Positions 39,001 to 51,230 of a DNA stretch of 64,000 bases are shown one piece after another. The DNA lies in assembly GCA_964016885.1 (NCBI GenBank), contig OZ024742.1, forward strand, positions 302,064,001 to 302,128,000. Reading direction: 5' to 3'. Position numbers and translations under genes: made by a program. Every line of letters starts with the position of its first letter. The stretch's first letter is position 1. The DNA is from Eledone cirrhosa (taxonomy: Eukaryota). Under the pieces are notes generated by a model that saw only the letters and a list, made by a program, of their open reading frames with translations, was not told the DNA's origin and did no database searches.

Positions 39001-41170
39001 ATATCGCTATTTCAGAGCATTTATTCCAATTTCTAATTTCTGCCGGACCGGCAACCGCTCTTTCAAACCAGTTCCTGTACACAGCTAAGTATTCTATAAG
39101 TCTCTAGCTGTGTCATTCTCGATAAAAGCACTGGATATGTAGTCCTGACGATTTCTAATAAGAATGAAACGCGTAGATTTACTTCCCTTGCTTTTATCGA
39201 GAATCTAATTGTAATACGTGACGTATTCTATTCTATAGCGATTAGGTCTTCAAAATGTTTATTATAAACATACAGAATATTTTCGAATATTCTATGTCTA
39301 TATTCACATATATATCGCTATTTCAGAGCATTTATTCCAATTTCTAATTTCTGCCGGACCGGCAACCGCTCTTTCAAACCAGTTCCTGTACACAGCTAAG
39401 TATTCTATAAGTCTCTAGCTGTGTCATTCTCGATAAAAGCACTGGATATGTAGTCCTGACGATTTCTAATAAGAATGAAACGCGTAGATTTACTTCCCTT
39501 GCTTTTATCGAGAATCTAATTGTAATACGTGACGTATTCTATTCTATAGCGATTAGGTCTTCAAAATGTTTATTATAAACATACAGAATATTTTCGAATA
39601 TTCTATGTCTATATTCACATATATATCGCTATTTCAGAGCATTTATTCCAATTTCTAATTTCTGCCGGACCGGCAACCGCTCTTTCAAACCAGTTCCTGT
39701 ACACAGCTAAGTATTCTATAAGTCTCTAGCTGTGTCATTCTCGATAAAAGCACTGGATATGTAGTCCTGACGATTTCTAATAAGAATGAAACGCGTAGAT
39801 TTACTTCCCTTGCTTTTATCGAGAATCTAATTGTAATACGTGACGTATTCTATTCTATAGCGATTAGGTCTTCAAAATGTTTATTATAAACATACAGAAT
39901 ATTTTCGAATATTCTATGTCTATATTCACATATATATCGCTATTTCAGAGCATTTATTCCAATTTCTAATTTCTGCCGGACCGGCAACCGCTCTTTCAAA
40001 CCAGTTCCTGTACACAGCTAAGTATTCTATAAGTCTCTAGCTGTGTCATTCTCGATAAAAGCACTGGATATGTAGTCCTGACGATTTCTAATAAGAATGA
40101 AACGCGTAGATTTACTTCCCTTGCTTTTATCGAGAATCTAATTGTAATACGTGACGTATTCTATTCTATAGCGATTAGGTCTTCAAAATGTTTATTATAA
40201 ACATACAGAATATTTTCGAATATTCTATGTCTATATTCACATATATATCGCTATTTCAGAGCATTTATTCCAATTTCTAATTTCTGCCGGACCGGCAACC
40301 GCTCTTTCAAACCAGTTCCTGTACACAGCTAAGTATTCTATAAGTCTCTAGCTGTGTCATTCTCGATAAAAGCACTGGATATGTAGTCCTGACGATTTCT
40401 AATAAGAATGAAACGCGTAGATTTACTTCCCTTGCTTTTATCGAGAATCTAATTGTAATACGTGACGTATTCTATTCTATAGCGATTAGGTCTTCAAAAT
40501 GTTTATTATAAACATACAGAATATTTTCGAATATTCTATGTCTATATTCACATATATATCGCTATTTCAGAGCATTTATTCCAATTTCTAATTTCTGCCG
40601 GACCGGCAACCGCTCTTTCAAACCAGTTCCTGTACACAGCTAAGTATTCTATAAGTCTCTAGCTGTGTCATTCTCGATAAAAGCACTGGATATGTAGTCC
40701 TGACGATTTCTAATAAGAATGAAACGCGTAGATTTACTTCCCTTGCTTTTATCGAGAATCTAATTGTAATACGTGACGTATTCTATTCTATAGCGATTAG
40801 GTCTTCAAAATGTTTATTATAAACATACAGAATATTTTCGAATATTCTATGTCTATATTCACATATATATCGCTATTTCAGAGCATTTATTCCAATATAT
40901 ATATATATATATATATAAATGAAAGGTATAGAAATTGTTTTAGCGAGAAGCTAACAGTATTCCATAACATATATGCGACTATGTCGTCAAGATGGGAAAA
41001 ATAGTTAACGTAAGATGTAGGAAAAATAATTCAAACTCATCTCAAAAGAGAATCAGGATATAAATTCATCCACAGAATTTAGTGAAATCCAGGGAAAAAT
41101 CAATAGAGCCTTAACTCATGATAAAATAAAGTCTAAAATACTTATCCTTCAATTTGGAAAAACATCAAAT

Positions 41171-41250
41171 GCTCTGTATAGTCTTAAAGACTATTTCATG
41201 AAAACTTTCAGTGGAGATGGTCACGGTTGGATTTCAATCGTCAGCAGAGC
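41171..41250 (-). ncRNA. Type I hammerhead ribozyme with a stable 7-bp stem III
   Basis: Reverse complement: GCTCTG-CTGACGA-TTGAAA...TTTCAT-GAA-ATAGTCT-TTA-AGACTAT-A-CAGAGC; AUA triplet. Confidence 0.82.
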
Positions 41251-41287
41251 TCAACCAGATAACCAGGACTCTCACAGATTTATAAGC

Positions 41288-41350
<63 letters not shown>

Positions 41351-41448
41351 ATATATATGTATATGTATATATATATAAATATATATGGAGTGCTGTTGGC
41401 TTTTCGCTGCAGTGTTTTCTATACCTTTCATTTATATAAATATATATA

Positions 41449-41534
<86 letters not shown>

Positions 41535-41537
<3 letters not shown>

Positions 41538-41808
41538 CAAAGTAATTGTGGTAAGGAACCAGATGGACCATAACGCACCAGAGTACTCAATACTTAGGGT
41601 AGTAGAGTGGGAAATAGGAAAAAGTATGACCCCGACGGCAGAGCTCAAGCCGTTTCGACGGCTATTTCTTGACTGAAATACCCGTCGAAACGGCTTGAGC
41701 TCTGCCGTCGGGGTCATACTTTTTCCTATTTCCCACTCTACTACCCTAAGTATTGAGTACTCTGGTGCGTTATGGTCCATCTGGTTCCTTACCACAATTA
41801 CTTTGTTA
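41535..41808. repeat. Near-perfect palindrome, ~134-bp arms, between (TA)n tracts; carries the 3' half of an HHR-like motif
   Basis: TAACAAAG...TATTTC TTGACT GAAATA...CTTTGTTA; the right arm has GAAACGGC-TTGAGCTCT-GCCGTC. Confidence 0.9.
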
Positions 41809-41820
41809 TATATATATATA

Positions 41821-42068
41821 TTATTATGTAATAAACAACATAAGGCAATTATTCCATTTACCAGTGGTTTCTTAAAAGCAAAAGGTTTTGCTTTCAATTC
41901 TCAGAATGAAAAAATCCTGGTTTGTTTATTGAATTTGGATTTTTAAAATCCAAATTCAATAAACAAACCAGGATTTTTTTCATTCTGAGAATTGAAAGCA
42001 AAACCTTTTGCTTTTAAGAAACCACTGGTAAATGGAATAATTGCCTTATGTTGTTTATTACATAATAA
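41821..42068. repeat. Near-perfect palindrome, ~123-bp arms, with a variant HHR core
   Basis: TTATTATGTA...GGATTTT T AAAATCC...TACATAATAA; right arm CATT-CTGAGA-ATTGAAAGCAAAA-CC-TTTTGCTTTTAA-GAAACCACTGGTA-AATG. Confidence 0.88.
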
Positions 42069-42132
42069 TAATTAAGCTCTGTTACCTACATAGAGCACTC
42101 TTTTTTCCTGGACTTTCCCGACGGAATTACTT

Positions 42133-42206
<74 letters not shown>

Positions 42207-42289
42207 AAGTTTTATTTAAATTGTTGGGTTACAACGAGTAAATATTTATAACTGATATAAAAGCACTCAACAAGTATTTGGAGTATATT

Positions 42290-42635
42290 TACGATATTAA
42301 ATAAATGGAAACTATATTTATAAAACCATATTTATTTCATTATATATATTTCAGGGATATCACATTAAAAATATGGTATGCCTTCTTCAGACAAAATACA
42401 ATATAAACAGTCTTATAAATAGATAGATTTGACATACCTTTCAACTTCATCTTCCATTTAAAAAGTTGAAATGGAAGATGAAGTTGAAAGGTATGTCAAA
42501 TCTATCTATTTATAAGACTGTTTATATTGTATTTTGTCTGAAGAAGGCATACCATATTTTTAATGTGATATCCCTGAAATATATATAATGAAATAAATAT
42601 GGTTTTATAAATATAGTTTCCATTTATTTAATATC

Positions 42636-42638
<3 letters not shown>
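42290..42638. repeat. Palindrome, ~170-bp arms, 9-nt spacer, HHR at 42531-42594 (+) and mirror on -
   Basis: TACGATATTAA...CCATTT AAAAAGTTG AAATGG...TTAATATCGTA; ATTTTGT-CTGAAGA-AGGCATACCATAT...GTGATATCCCT-GAAA-TATATA-TA-ATGAAAT. Confidence 0.9.
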
Positions 42639-42680
<42 letters not shown>

Positions 42681-42810
42681 CAAAAGGGATATTTAATTTG
42701 TTGGTAATTCAACAAATATAAATGTTTATAACTGATTCAAAACTATCCAGGAAAAACTTGAACCGTTAAGATCTTCTTCCTGGTTATGTCAATATTTATA
42801 AAACAAACTT

Positions 42811-42875
42811 TGTATTTTATCTGATGAGGGCGTACCAAAGTTTTGGTACCATTGAAATATATATAATAGAATACA
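42811..42875 (+). ncRNA. Type I hammerhead ribozyme
   Basis: TGTATTTTAT-CTGATGA-GGGCGTACCAAAGTTTTGGTACCATT-GAAA-TATATA-TA-ATAGAATACA. Confidence 0.78.
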
Positions 42876-42937
42876 TATGCTTTTATAAATATAGTTTCCA
42901 TTTATTTAATATCATTGAATATATATCTATCTATCTA

Positions 42938-42940
<3 letters not shown>

Positions 42941-43010
<70 letters not shown>

Positions 43011-43026
43011 GTGTGTGCGTGTGTGT
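42941..43026. repeat. (GT)n microsatellite upstream of the protease promoter
   Basis: Direct reading. Confidence 0.95.
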
Positions 43027-43089
43027 ACATGATAAGTACATCACGAGGTAGATCAGCTGAAAGATTTCTGTTCCCCTTTCTCCGTCACT

Positions 43090-43127
43090 GTCACCTGACT
43101 CGCTCCGGTTTTCACAAGAATATAAAG
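43090..43127 (+). promoter_or_regulatory. Putative core promoter: CLEAR/E-box-like GTCACCTGAC and TATA-like TATAAAG
   Basis: GTCACCTGAC at 43090-43099 is one mismatch from GTCACGTGAC; TATAAAG at 43121-43127 lies ~45 bp upstream of the inferred ATG at 43169. Confidence 0.5.
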
Positions 43128-43168
43128 CCACGCTACTTTTTGTTATTATTATCAAATGATATAGTATC

Positions 43169-43208
43169 ATGGCTAGTCGGTATCTCCTATGTGTTCTCTC
43201 TATTTATG
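43169..43208 (+). CDS. Cathepsin L-like 26/29-kDa proteinase (CfaD-like), inferred exon 1 (signal peptide start)
   Basis: ATG GCT AGT CGG TAT CTC...TAT G|GTAAG. The phase-1 junction joins exon 2 to give MASRYLLCVLSIYVLLSVVTA-KPQ, a plausible signal peptide. Confidence 0.75.
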
Positions 43209-43267
43209 GTAAGCGAAATTATGGTATTCTTATATACATTTGCCTTTTTTTTATATTTAAATTCGAA

Positions 43268-43307
<40 letters not shown>

Positions 43308-46300
43308 TAAGACAGTAGCATAAGCAAAAATTCATAGTAAACACTGTCATATATATTTTTACAGACATACATATAGAGCTATCGAGATCGTATTCACCTT
43401 ATATGCGTAGGTATGTATATATATTGTATATATATATATATATAAATATATAATAGTTATTTGTATGATATGAAGAATATATTTGTACATATAATATAAA
43501 ATCGATAATAAATAGCGAATCAAAGGTTGTTTTTGTTGTTTAGCTTCAGATCAAGTCCGGTTGAGTAAATCTGTGATCAAAGAAATATTTCAACCATTAT
43601 GTTTCCTTTTAGCTGTTTTAGCTGTAACTAGAACTATAGTGTATATTGTTATTTCAGTTAAAACGATAATGTGTACTCTCTGATCTCGAATAATCGTCCT
43701 CCTCTTTCACTTATTAAATTTTGTTAATATATCTCCAGCGAAATTTTATAAGTGTAGCATTCCTGCGACAATTTTCTTTATATATGAAAAAACAAAACAA
43801 ACATTACTAGCAACCCCATACTTTATAAAATAGGATGGCTTGGGGTTTCTATATGTAAACCTAACGACTAATTCTTGTTTTTTAAAAGAATCAACGGAGA
43901 CATCATACAATAATTACCGATTTTCCAACCACCTTATTATTTGGGAACCGAGAGTATATAATGTTTTATTTCTAGTGGGTCATACAACCATGTCGGAATA
44001 CCCTTAGTGTGATGTAGGTGATTACAAAATAGTGTAGTGAAAATAAGAGATAGTAATTTAATTGTTTCTACTTTTGGCACAAGGCCAGCAATTATTTCAA
44101 TGCATTACTGGTACTTTATTTTATCGACAAGAGATAGTAATTTAATGACTTATTTATTTACCGCAGCTTCTATTTTATTGTATATATAACCTTTCTTCTC
44201 TTTATCTCTGCTTTCGCTATTTTCTTCTTGGAACACACGCATTAGCCCTTTCATTACATCATTTCTTACAAAATACACTGTTTCAATCATTTGTTGAAAA
44301 TAATTATTTTAAAGGATTTAATAAAACAACTTAAGACAGTGTTAAGGGTATGACTGCAAAGATGTTCTTAGATAAAATTACGACGGAAGGTTTTAATGTT
44401 TGAACATTTTAAACTAAGAGGTATATTTTGAGGACCGGAGACTGACTCAGACGAGTTGGTACTCGTCCTCACATGATACCACACTCACTGGAATTTGTTC
44501 ATTTAGAGACTGTCTTGTTGAAAGTAACTAATATAAACAACAGCAGACTTTAGATATTTCTAAGGCCTACATCCTGATATAGTGATAAAGCTTTCATAAC
44601 AAATGATTCTCTACTGAAATTATGACTCTCCAGCCATGATCATCCCATCATATGCTGTATTCAAAGACTGCAATGTTCAATGCGACTTTCTTTTAACAAT
44701 AAGCTGAGATTTGAGGGAAATTTGGTTGCAATGTCTAGCAAATCGAGCAACTGGGTGGAGGCTTCCTTTGTGATTTAAGTGTTTAGACACAAATGAACTC
44801 ATTTTCTTTCTTTTTTAACAGTAAAATTTATGTAGAAAAATGTTTGTCTCTAAACACTTAAATCATGTAAACAAGGGAGCCTCCACCCAGTCACTTAATT
44901 TGCGAGGAATAACAGCCAAATTTCTCTTAAATCTCACCCTACTGTTACAGGCAAGTTGCATTGGACAAAACAGACCTTAAATACAGCATAAGACGGGTGG
45001 TCATGTCTGGAGAGCTGTTTACTCAATCAGAGACTCACATCGGTTAATTAACCTATATATTTTAATTATAAATCTAAATATTTTGTTTTCCTTGTACTTT
45101 CAAGTCATTCGGTATTAGATATATGGTATGTGTTTGTTTATTATATTTATATTATTATAAAGCAAGTTAAAATGTAGAAGTCTCTTGTTTTAATTTATTC
45201 TGGTGAACTCCGCCCTGTCAGCAAAGACCTTTTGTTTTGTAATTTAACGAAGGCCGCTTATATACACAGAAAAAAAAAAGCACTTGTAAATAGTGGAAGC
45301 GGTGGCGACTATAAACAGAATGTTAAAAGTAAACATAATTGTTAGAAATGATAGTAATGACAGAACAACCCTAACATTAATGTGTAATATTTAGGCTACT
45401 GGAGAACTTTTATTCCACATACAAATAAATACAATTTCACTGGTCCCTTATATACACTCCATCTAGGAGTGGATCTTGGACTTACAATCATAATTGTTTC
45501 TACTTTTGGCACAAGGCCAGCAATTATCCAGTGCATTACTGGTACTTTATTTTATCGACCTCCGTAAGGATGAACGGCAAAGTTAACCTCGGCGGGATTT
45601 GAATTCAGAATGGCAAGGGCCGTAAGTCTATACGTTAAAGCATGGCGTCCGACCCGGGACTGGGTTGTGTCTTGTGTTTTTGAGCAAAACACTTCATTTC
45701 ACATTGAAAATGAATACAATCAGTAGCTGGGTGTTTAACCCTGTGATGGACTGGCGTCCTATCTAACTGAGTTTTGTTCTCTCAGTTGCTTAACACCAAT
45801 GAAACTGGAATAAGCACCAGCCTAATGAGCCTTTGGGCTTAGGAAAGTATTTAGATTTTTTAAGTTAAAGACATGTATACTCAATCACATGACAAAAAAA
45901 TCCCTCGTTGTTAGCGACCCAGATCCATCGAATGTCTCGAACGTCACAAGCTGAATAAAATAAAGTTTACTGATAATTCTTGGTATTTTAGAATTTGGTT
46001 TCGCCCGGTTACGGATACAGTAACGATCACCGAGGATGCAGGAAGGCGGAAAAGTGTCTGAATGACGTCTTGAATGAGACATTTACCGCTTACATTGAGA
46101 AAAAGGGAGGGCCATCTGGCCTCTTCCCATCAACATGAGACTATCCGGCTAGCTCCAGAATTGAGAGGGGCCTTGTAGTGGCTCGTAATTAAATGTACCT
46201 TTACTCTCCCACCTTATTTATTTTTTGTTGTTGTAAATTTATAGAAAGACACTGGATTTCAGTATAAATAATTTTTTTCCCTCGGGAGAAAATATCGTTT

Positions 46301-46409
46301 GCACCATATTAGGTAAATTTGATAGCATACGAAAATAAACAAAATTATGTGTGTGAAAAGTCCCAGGGTCCCCCTCCCTTTTCCGGGGAAAAGGTCCCTT
46401 ACACCATAT

Positions 46410-46685
46410 TAGGAGGTGATGAGTGATGGTATCATGAGAGCATCCTATCTGTTGGGCCAATTCTCTAGTGGATTTACATGGATCCTCATGAATGAACTTG
46501 CTCAATCGATCCTCATTAAACTGAACAGGTCAGCCAGAATGCAGAGAGTATGTGAGGTCGAATTTCTCTTTTTTGAAGTATGAAAACCATTTCCGTGTAG
46601 ATCTTTCAGTAACGTCCATGTACACAACACAAATGTCTTGTAATCTTGAGTGAAAGCAAAGAGAAGCAGGTGTCGAAAATGTCCA
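46410..46685 (-). mobile_element. Mariner transposase N-terminal (HTH) fragment in intron 1
   Basis: FRHLLLFAF...FDL...PVQFNEDRLSKFIHEDPCKSTRELAQQIGCSHDTITHHL. Confidence 0.75.
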
Positions 46686-47080
46686 GAAAAGAGATAAAAT
46701 AGGAAAACTTCTCTTTAAATTTAAACTTGGTAGTTTCCTCTATTAAGGAGGACTTTGTGTATGTGTGTGTACTTTATTTTTTCATGTGTAAATTTGAAGG
46801 TTTACTTAAGGTAATTGGAAGCATTGTTATGAAATTTAAATAAATTTGAAATTAAACTTAGAAGCCCTGAAAAATATGTTAATTTTAAAAACTGGATCTT
46901 GTTCATTTTCAAAGCTGAAATTTTGACCTGATCAGTCCTCTTCTGAGAAATTTAAAGTTGACTCCTCAAAGTTGTAGTAGGCGACACACACACACACATA
47001 TCAAACAGCACATATTCGTAGGTTGAAGTTTACAGGATTTCAGTTGTCTTGTAAACCTCTACATATGAATATAAGTTGTT

Positions 47081-47195
<115 letters not shown>

Positions 47196-49210
47196 AAGAA
47201 CAGAGCCAGAAACAATTAGCCAAGAAATTAGAGAGCTCCCAACTAAAGAACAACATCTAAAAAGAGAGATGTATCTACTTTAGAATAGATACACCATATT
47301 CCTGTATGTCGTGGCTAAAAGGGTTGATGTCATGAAGAGCATCAAGTTGTAAACAATTGCCTCAAAAGACCCTGTCCAACCCATGCTAGCATGGAAAAGT
47401 CGACGTAAAAGCGATGATGATCAAAAGTCTCAGTGAAGAGCAGATATGAATTGAAAGAACCCTCACCTCAACACGATTCTAGATTTTAAAGCCAACAATA
47501 CAAGCTTCTGTATTGTCTGGTTGTTTCTCACTCATTTCTGTGAAGAAAGAGTTCTTCTTTGTTGGGATGGGTGTAGTCAGTCGACATCTTAGATGCTAGC
47601 TAGAAAATGTTCAAATATCTGTAATTTGAAGGGGCAGATGTTAAGGAATTATATTGAGGCTTTCAGGGTGTACAACTCTGTCTATATTTGATTTGTTGAA
47701 TAAACTGTCAAAAGTAGTAACGATAAGAGATCTTCTATAAGTAAGGGAGAGAATTCAACCATAACGTGCTACATGAAGAATAGAATAACATCTTACTCCC
47801 CACCTCCCTCTCTGTGTTACTTTCCTCATAACATTGAAATCATCAGTGACAATTTTCTCTTCATGTAGTTTGTGAATAGCTCAATCTTTATAATATTGTT
47901 TTGGTTGATCAGTTTAACATACTGCTTGGTTTAACATCATTCCTCCTTTTGGGGGTACTTTAGCTAGTGCCGGAGCTACCATTGTGCTTAGGTGTGCTTA
48001 AGCACAAGGCTCGTCGGCTAGGGGTGGAGAGTGTTGGGCATCTTCCTGCCGAAAAAGTTTTTTTACGATGAATTTTTCAAATTTATGGGGCCTCAAAACT
48101 TAACTAGCTCAGGGCCTCATTTATCCTAAATCCGGCACTGCCTCCAGCAGAGGTTATTTTGTTGCCTGTATTCATAACCTGTGAAATGGTTAGTCAAGTA
48201 ATTTATCCATATTTATTTTTATATACATTTTGCCCCAAATCTTGTACCAGGTGTTTGCACATCAATTCTTAACATTCTGTACTGCACGAAACACCATTTG
48301 CTCTCCACACACTACATGAAAATGTTACTGATGCTTCAATAGTCCAATGCTATGAGGAAAGTAACACACAAACACAGTCTTAAAAAATATGCAACACTAC
48401 TATGATTGCATCATATTAAATGTTAGTCTTTACTCTAAAACAGCAAATTTCCCCAATTATATGTCCAATAGTAAAGATACTATAAACATGTGAATTAACA
48501 AGACTGGTTTTATATATTTTCAATTTTTCCTAAATCATTATAGTACATTAAGAGTTATCATCATCATTGTTTAACATCCATTTTTCCATGCTTGCATGAG
48601 TTAGACAGACTTCCACATGAAACAAGTCAGGTCAGGTGATCAGTCTTGTTCATATGGATCTGTATTTTGGTTTGATGTTTATGGCTGGATGCTCTTCATA
48701 ACACCAGCCACCTTAGTGTGAACTGGGTGCTTTTTATAGAGGCATAAAAACAGTGTGATTTTAAACTGAAGTCCTCTTCCCATATCTACTAATCTTTATA
48801 GTCCTCATTACCTTATTTATACTATAGTCATACCACTATCTCAATTTCACTGGTCCCTTATATACACTCCATCTAGGGGTTAAGATCTTGGACTTACAAT
48901 CATAATGTCCTGAGTTTGATTCCGGTACTGGGTTGTGTGTTGTGTTTTTGAGCAAAACACTTCATTTCACATTGAAAATGAACACAAACAGTAGCTGGGG
49001 GTTCAACCCTGTGATGGACTGGCGTCCTGTCTAGTAGTAAGTTTTGTTCTCTCAGTTGCTTAACACCAATGAAACTGGAATAAGCACCAGCCTAATGCGC
49101 CTTTGGGCTTAGGAAAGTATTTAGATTTTTTAAAAGACTATATTTATACTTATAAACATCACCCATTGTTGTCTATTTTATATTAATGCTGTGTTTTTGT
49201 CTACTTTCAG

Positions 49211-49381
49211 TCTTGCTGTCTGTGGTGACAGCAAAGCCACAGAAGTCACCATCAATACCAAAGTTGGGTCAACAATACAGTTTGATGGGGAGGCTATTAT
49301 TACCTTATGCTGAACTTAATGAACCAATCATTGCTTATGTAGATTTACTAAATAATCGTAGCAGAATTGATTATTATGATG
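49211..49381 (+). CDS. 26/29-kDa proteinase-like cathepsin, exon 2
   Basis: TTTCAG|TC...GAT G|GTAAG; VLLSVVTAKPQKSPSIPKLGQQYSLMGRLLLPYAELNEPIIAYVDLLNNRSRIDYYDG. Confidence 0.92.
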
Positions 49382-50741
49382 GTAAGTTTGACTGTGTATT
49401 AAATATTTGGTCTAGTGGTTGATTGTGTGTGAATGTAATTGTATGTATTTGTATATATGTATGTGTAGTTGTGAATTTGTTTGTAGTTGTATGTATGTGT
49501 GTAAATTTGTGTATGTCTGTGTGTAGTTTTGTGTATGTCTGTGTGAATCTGTATGTTTGTGTAGTTGTATGTATGTTTGTGTGTGTTTTAATGTCAACTG
49601 TTTTCATTGTAGATTGAATGTGTTGTCTGGTTTAACCCTTCAGCATTTAAATTACTCTATATTTACTATTATATTTTCACAGTAAAGGCTTTACCTCACA
49701 TAATTATCTCAATATCGAATCTATGAGATTTTGATATTCTTTATTTTGAAAACAATACCTTAACATAAGTATGAGCAGCCAGTTATGTCGATTTGAACAG
49801 AAAGAGGTGAGAGAATTCTGGCTGGATATGGGCGGTTTAAATGCTAAAGTCCCATTCAATATTTCTTTTTCATTGTCACCATGAAAAAAGTAGTAAACTA
49901 ATGGTTGGCTCTTAGGAAACTTGTATCCAATGATTTTATGTATTTTCAAACAGGAAGTATAAAATACTGTAACTCTTATGTGACTTAGAAATTTCACAGT
50001 GTAGGAAATATAACAAAAAGTCTTCATAAGTTTATTTCAATAGAATGCGTACAAATAAACACAATTTATATAAAAAAAAGAAAAGTAACAATGTTGGAGA
50101 AGACACACATTCCTTCCCATGTCACAAAATGGCACTGCTGGAGTTTCCTTCACATTTTCAATATTGCTACAGGTGATAGTGTGACTAAGGTGTTGGAATA
50201 ACGAAGCAACCACACAAGTATCACCTGATATGTTGGTAAGGCAAGTTGCCAACAAAGACAAGAACCTTGTGTTGCTACTGGCCCAGCTCCCCCAAATGTC
50301 AAATAGATAAATATATAAATAGATATTTCTAATTTCTACATTAAAAAAAAAGTTCCATTTTCTATGTCATTCCTGTATATCAATAACACAAGAGATTAAC
50401 ATATTTCTCCTTCTGTCAGCATTTACTGGTTTCATGTGGCCATGATCTGTTATTGTTCTGTTACCTGTAAATACAAATACATCTTGTAGTTCTCATATAC
50501 ATGTATATACCTGTAACTCATCATACATAAATCATATGGATTTAGCACTGATTATTAAAACACTTAATGAACATTTGAAATGGAATCTACATTTCACACC
50601 AGCTTTGTATGGGCCTGGCTACCACTAAAATACAGATGTTGATCTAGCTGACTACTTCACTTCTTCCTTAGAAATATCCTTTGTGAAAAACATTAATCAA
50701 TTAATAAATTGATCCCCTTCTTACTGCTAATGGAGATTTAA

Positions 50742-50952
50742 CCCTTTAGCATTTACATTACTCTATATTTACTATTGTATTTTAATGGTAAAGGCTTTAC
50801 CTCATATAATTATCTTGCATAATATCGAATCTGAGATTTTGATATTATTTATTTTGAGAACAATACCTCAACATCAGTATGAGCAGCTGGTTACAGCCAG
50901 TTTGGACAGAAAGATGAGAGAATTCTGGCTGGATATGGCCGGTTTAAATGGG
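50742..50952. mobile_element. piggyBac-type MITE (TTAA-flanked); related copies at 49636-49849, 59669-59838 and 61390-61595
   Basis: TTAA|CCCTTTAGCATTTA...TAAATG(CTAAA)GGG|TTAA termini and a shared internal sequence. Confidence 0.75.
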
Positions 50953-51057
50953 TTAAATTGTACAAATTGATCTTCTTATTGCTAATGTTGATTTAAATTA
51001 AACAAATTGATCCAATACTTAGTGCTAATGATGATTTAAATTTTATATCATTCACAG

Positions 51058-51230
51058 GAATGGTGAGTATAATTATGGATGGAACCAAAGGTAGTTATGG
51101 CGAAGCATACACTTTGGCATATTTGACCACCTACAAAGTGTTCAATAAAAAATCTTGCTTTAAAGTAGATGGAACAAGCGATGCTAAAGTTGCCCCTCAA
51201 GTAGCTTTACCTGATCTCACAGACTACAAG
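51058..51230 (+). CDS. 26/29-kDa proteinase-like cathepsin, exon 3
   Basis: CACAG|GA ATG...TAC AAG|GTAAG; MVSIIMDGTKGSYGEAYTLAYLTTYKVFNKKSCFKVDGTSDAKVAPQVALPDLTDYK. Confidence 0.92.

Larger units (their letters stand above)
35022..40895. repeat. 311-bp tandem array with internal inversion: ~3.1 units in one orientation (35022-35978), ~15.8 in the other (35977-40895); one HHR per unit
   Basis: Landmark AATATAGAC ends at 35030, 35341, 35652 and 35963. AAGTATTCTATAAG is at 35977 and again at 40642 (15 x 311 later). No differences between copies seen by eye; (TA)n at both ends. Confidence 0.97.

Noticed and set aside
35022-40895. Array as 5S rDNA, tRNA or snRNA tandem cluster
   Set aside because: No recognisable 5S, tRNA cloverleaf, A/B boxes or snRNA sequence in the monomer; the HHR explains the conserved structure.
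41280-41897. 205-aa ORF with apparently complex sequence
   Set aside because: Reads through a palindrome and (TA)n; no protein family motif recognised.
49186-49210. ATG at 49186 as the start of the protease
   Set aside because: It lies in a pyrimidine-rich acceptor region ending TTTCAG at 49210, and a phase-compatible upstream exon with promoter motifs exists at 43169. Not fully excluded without transcripts.
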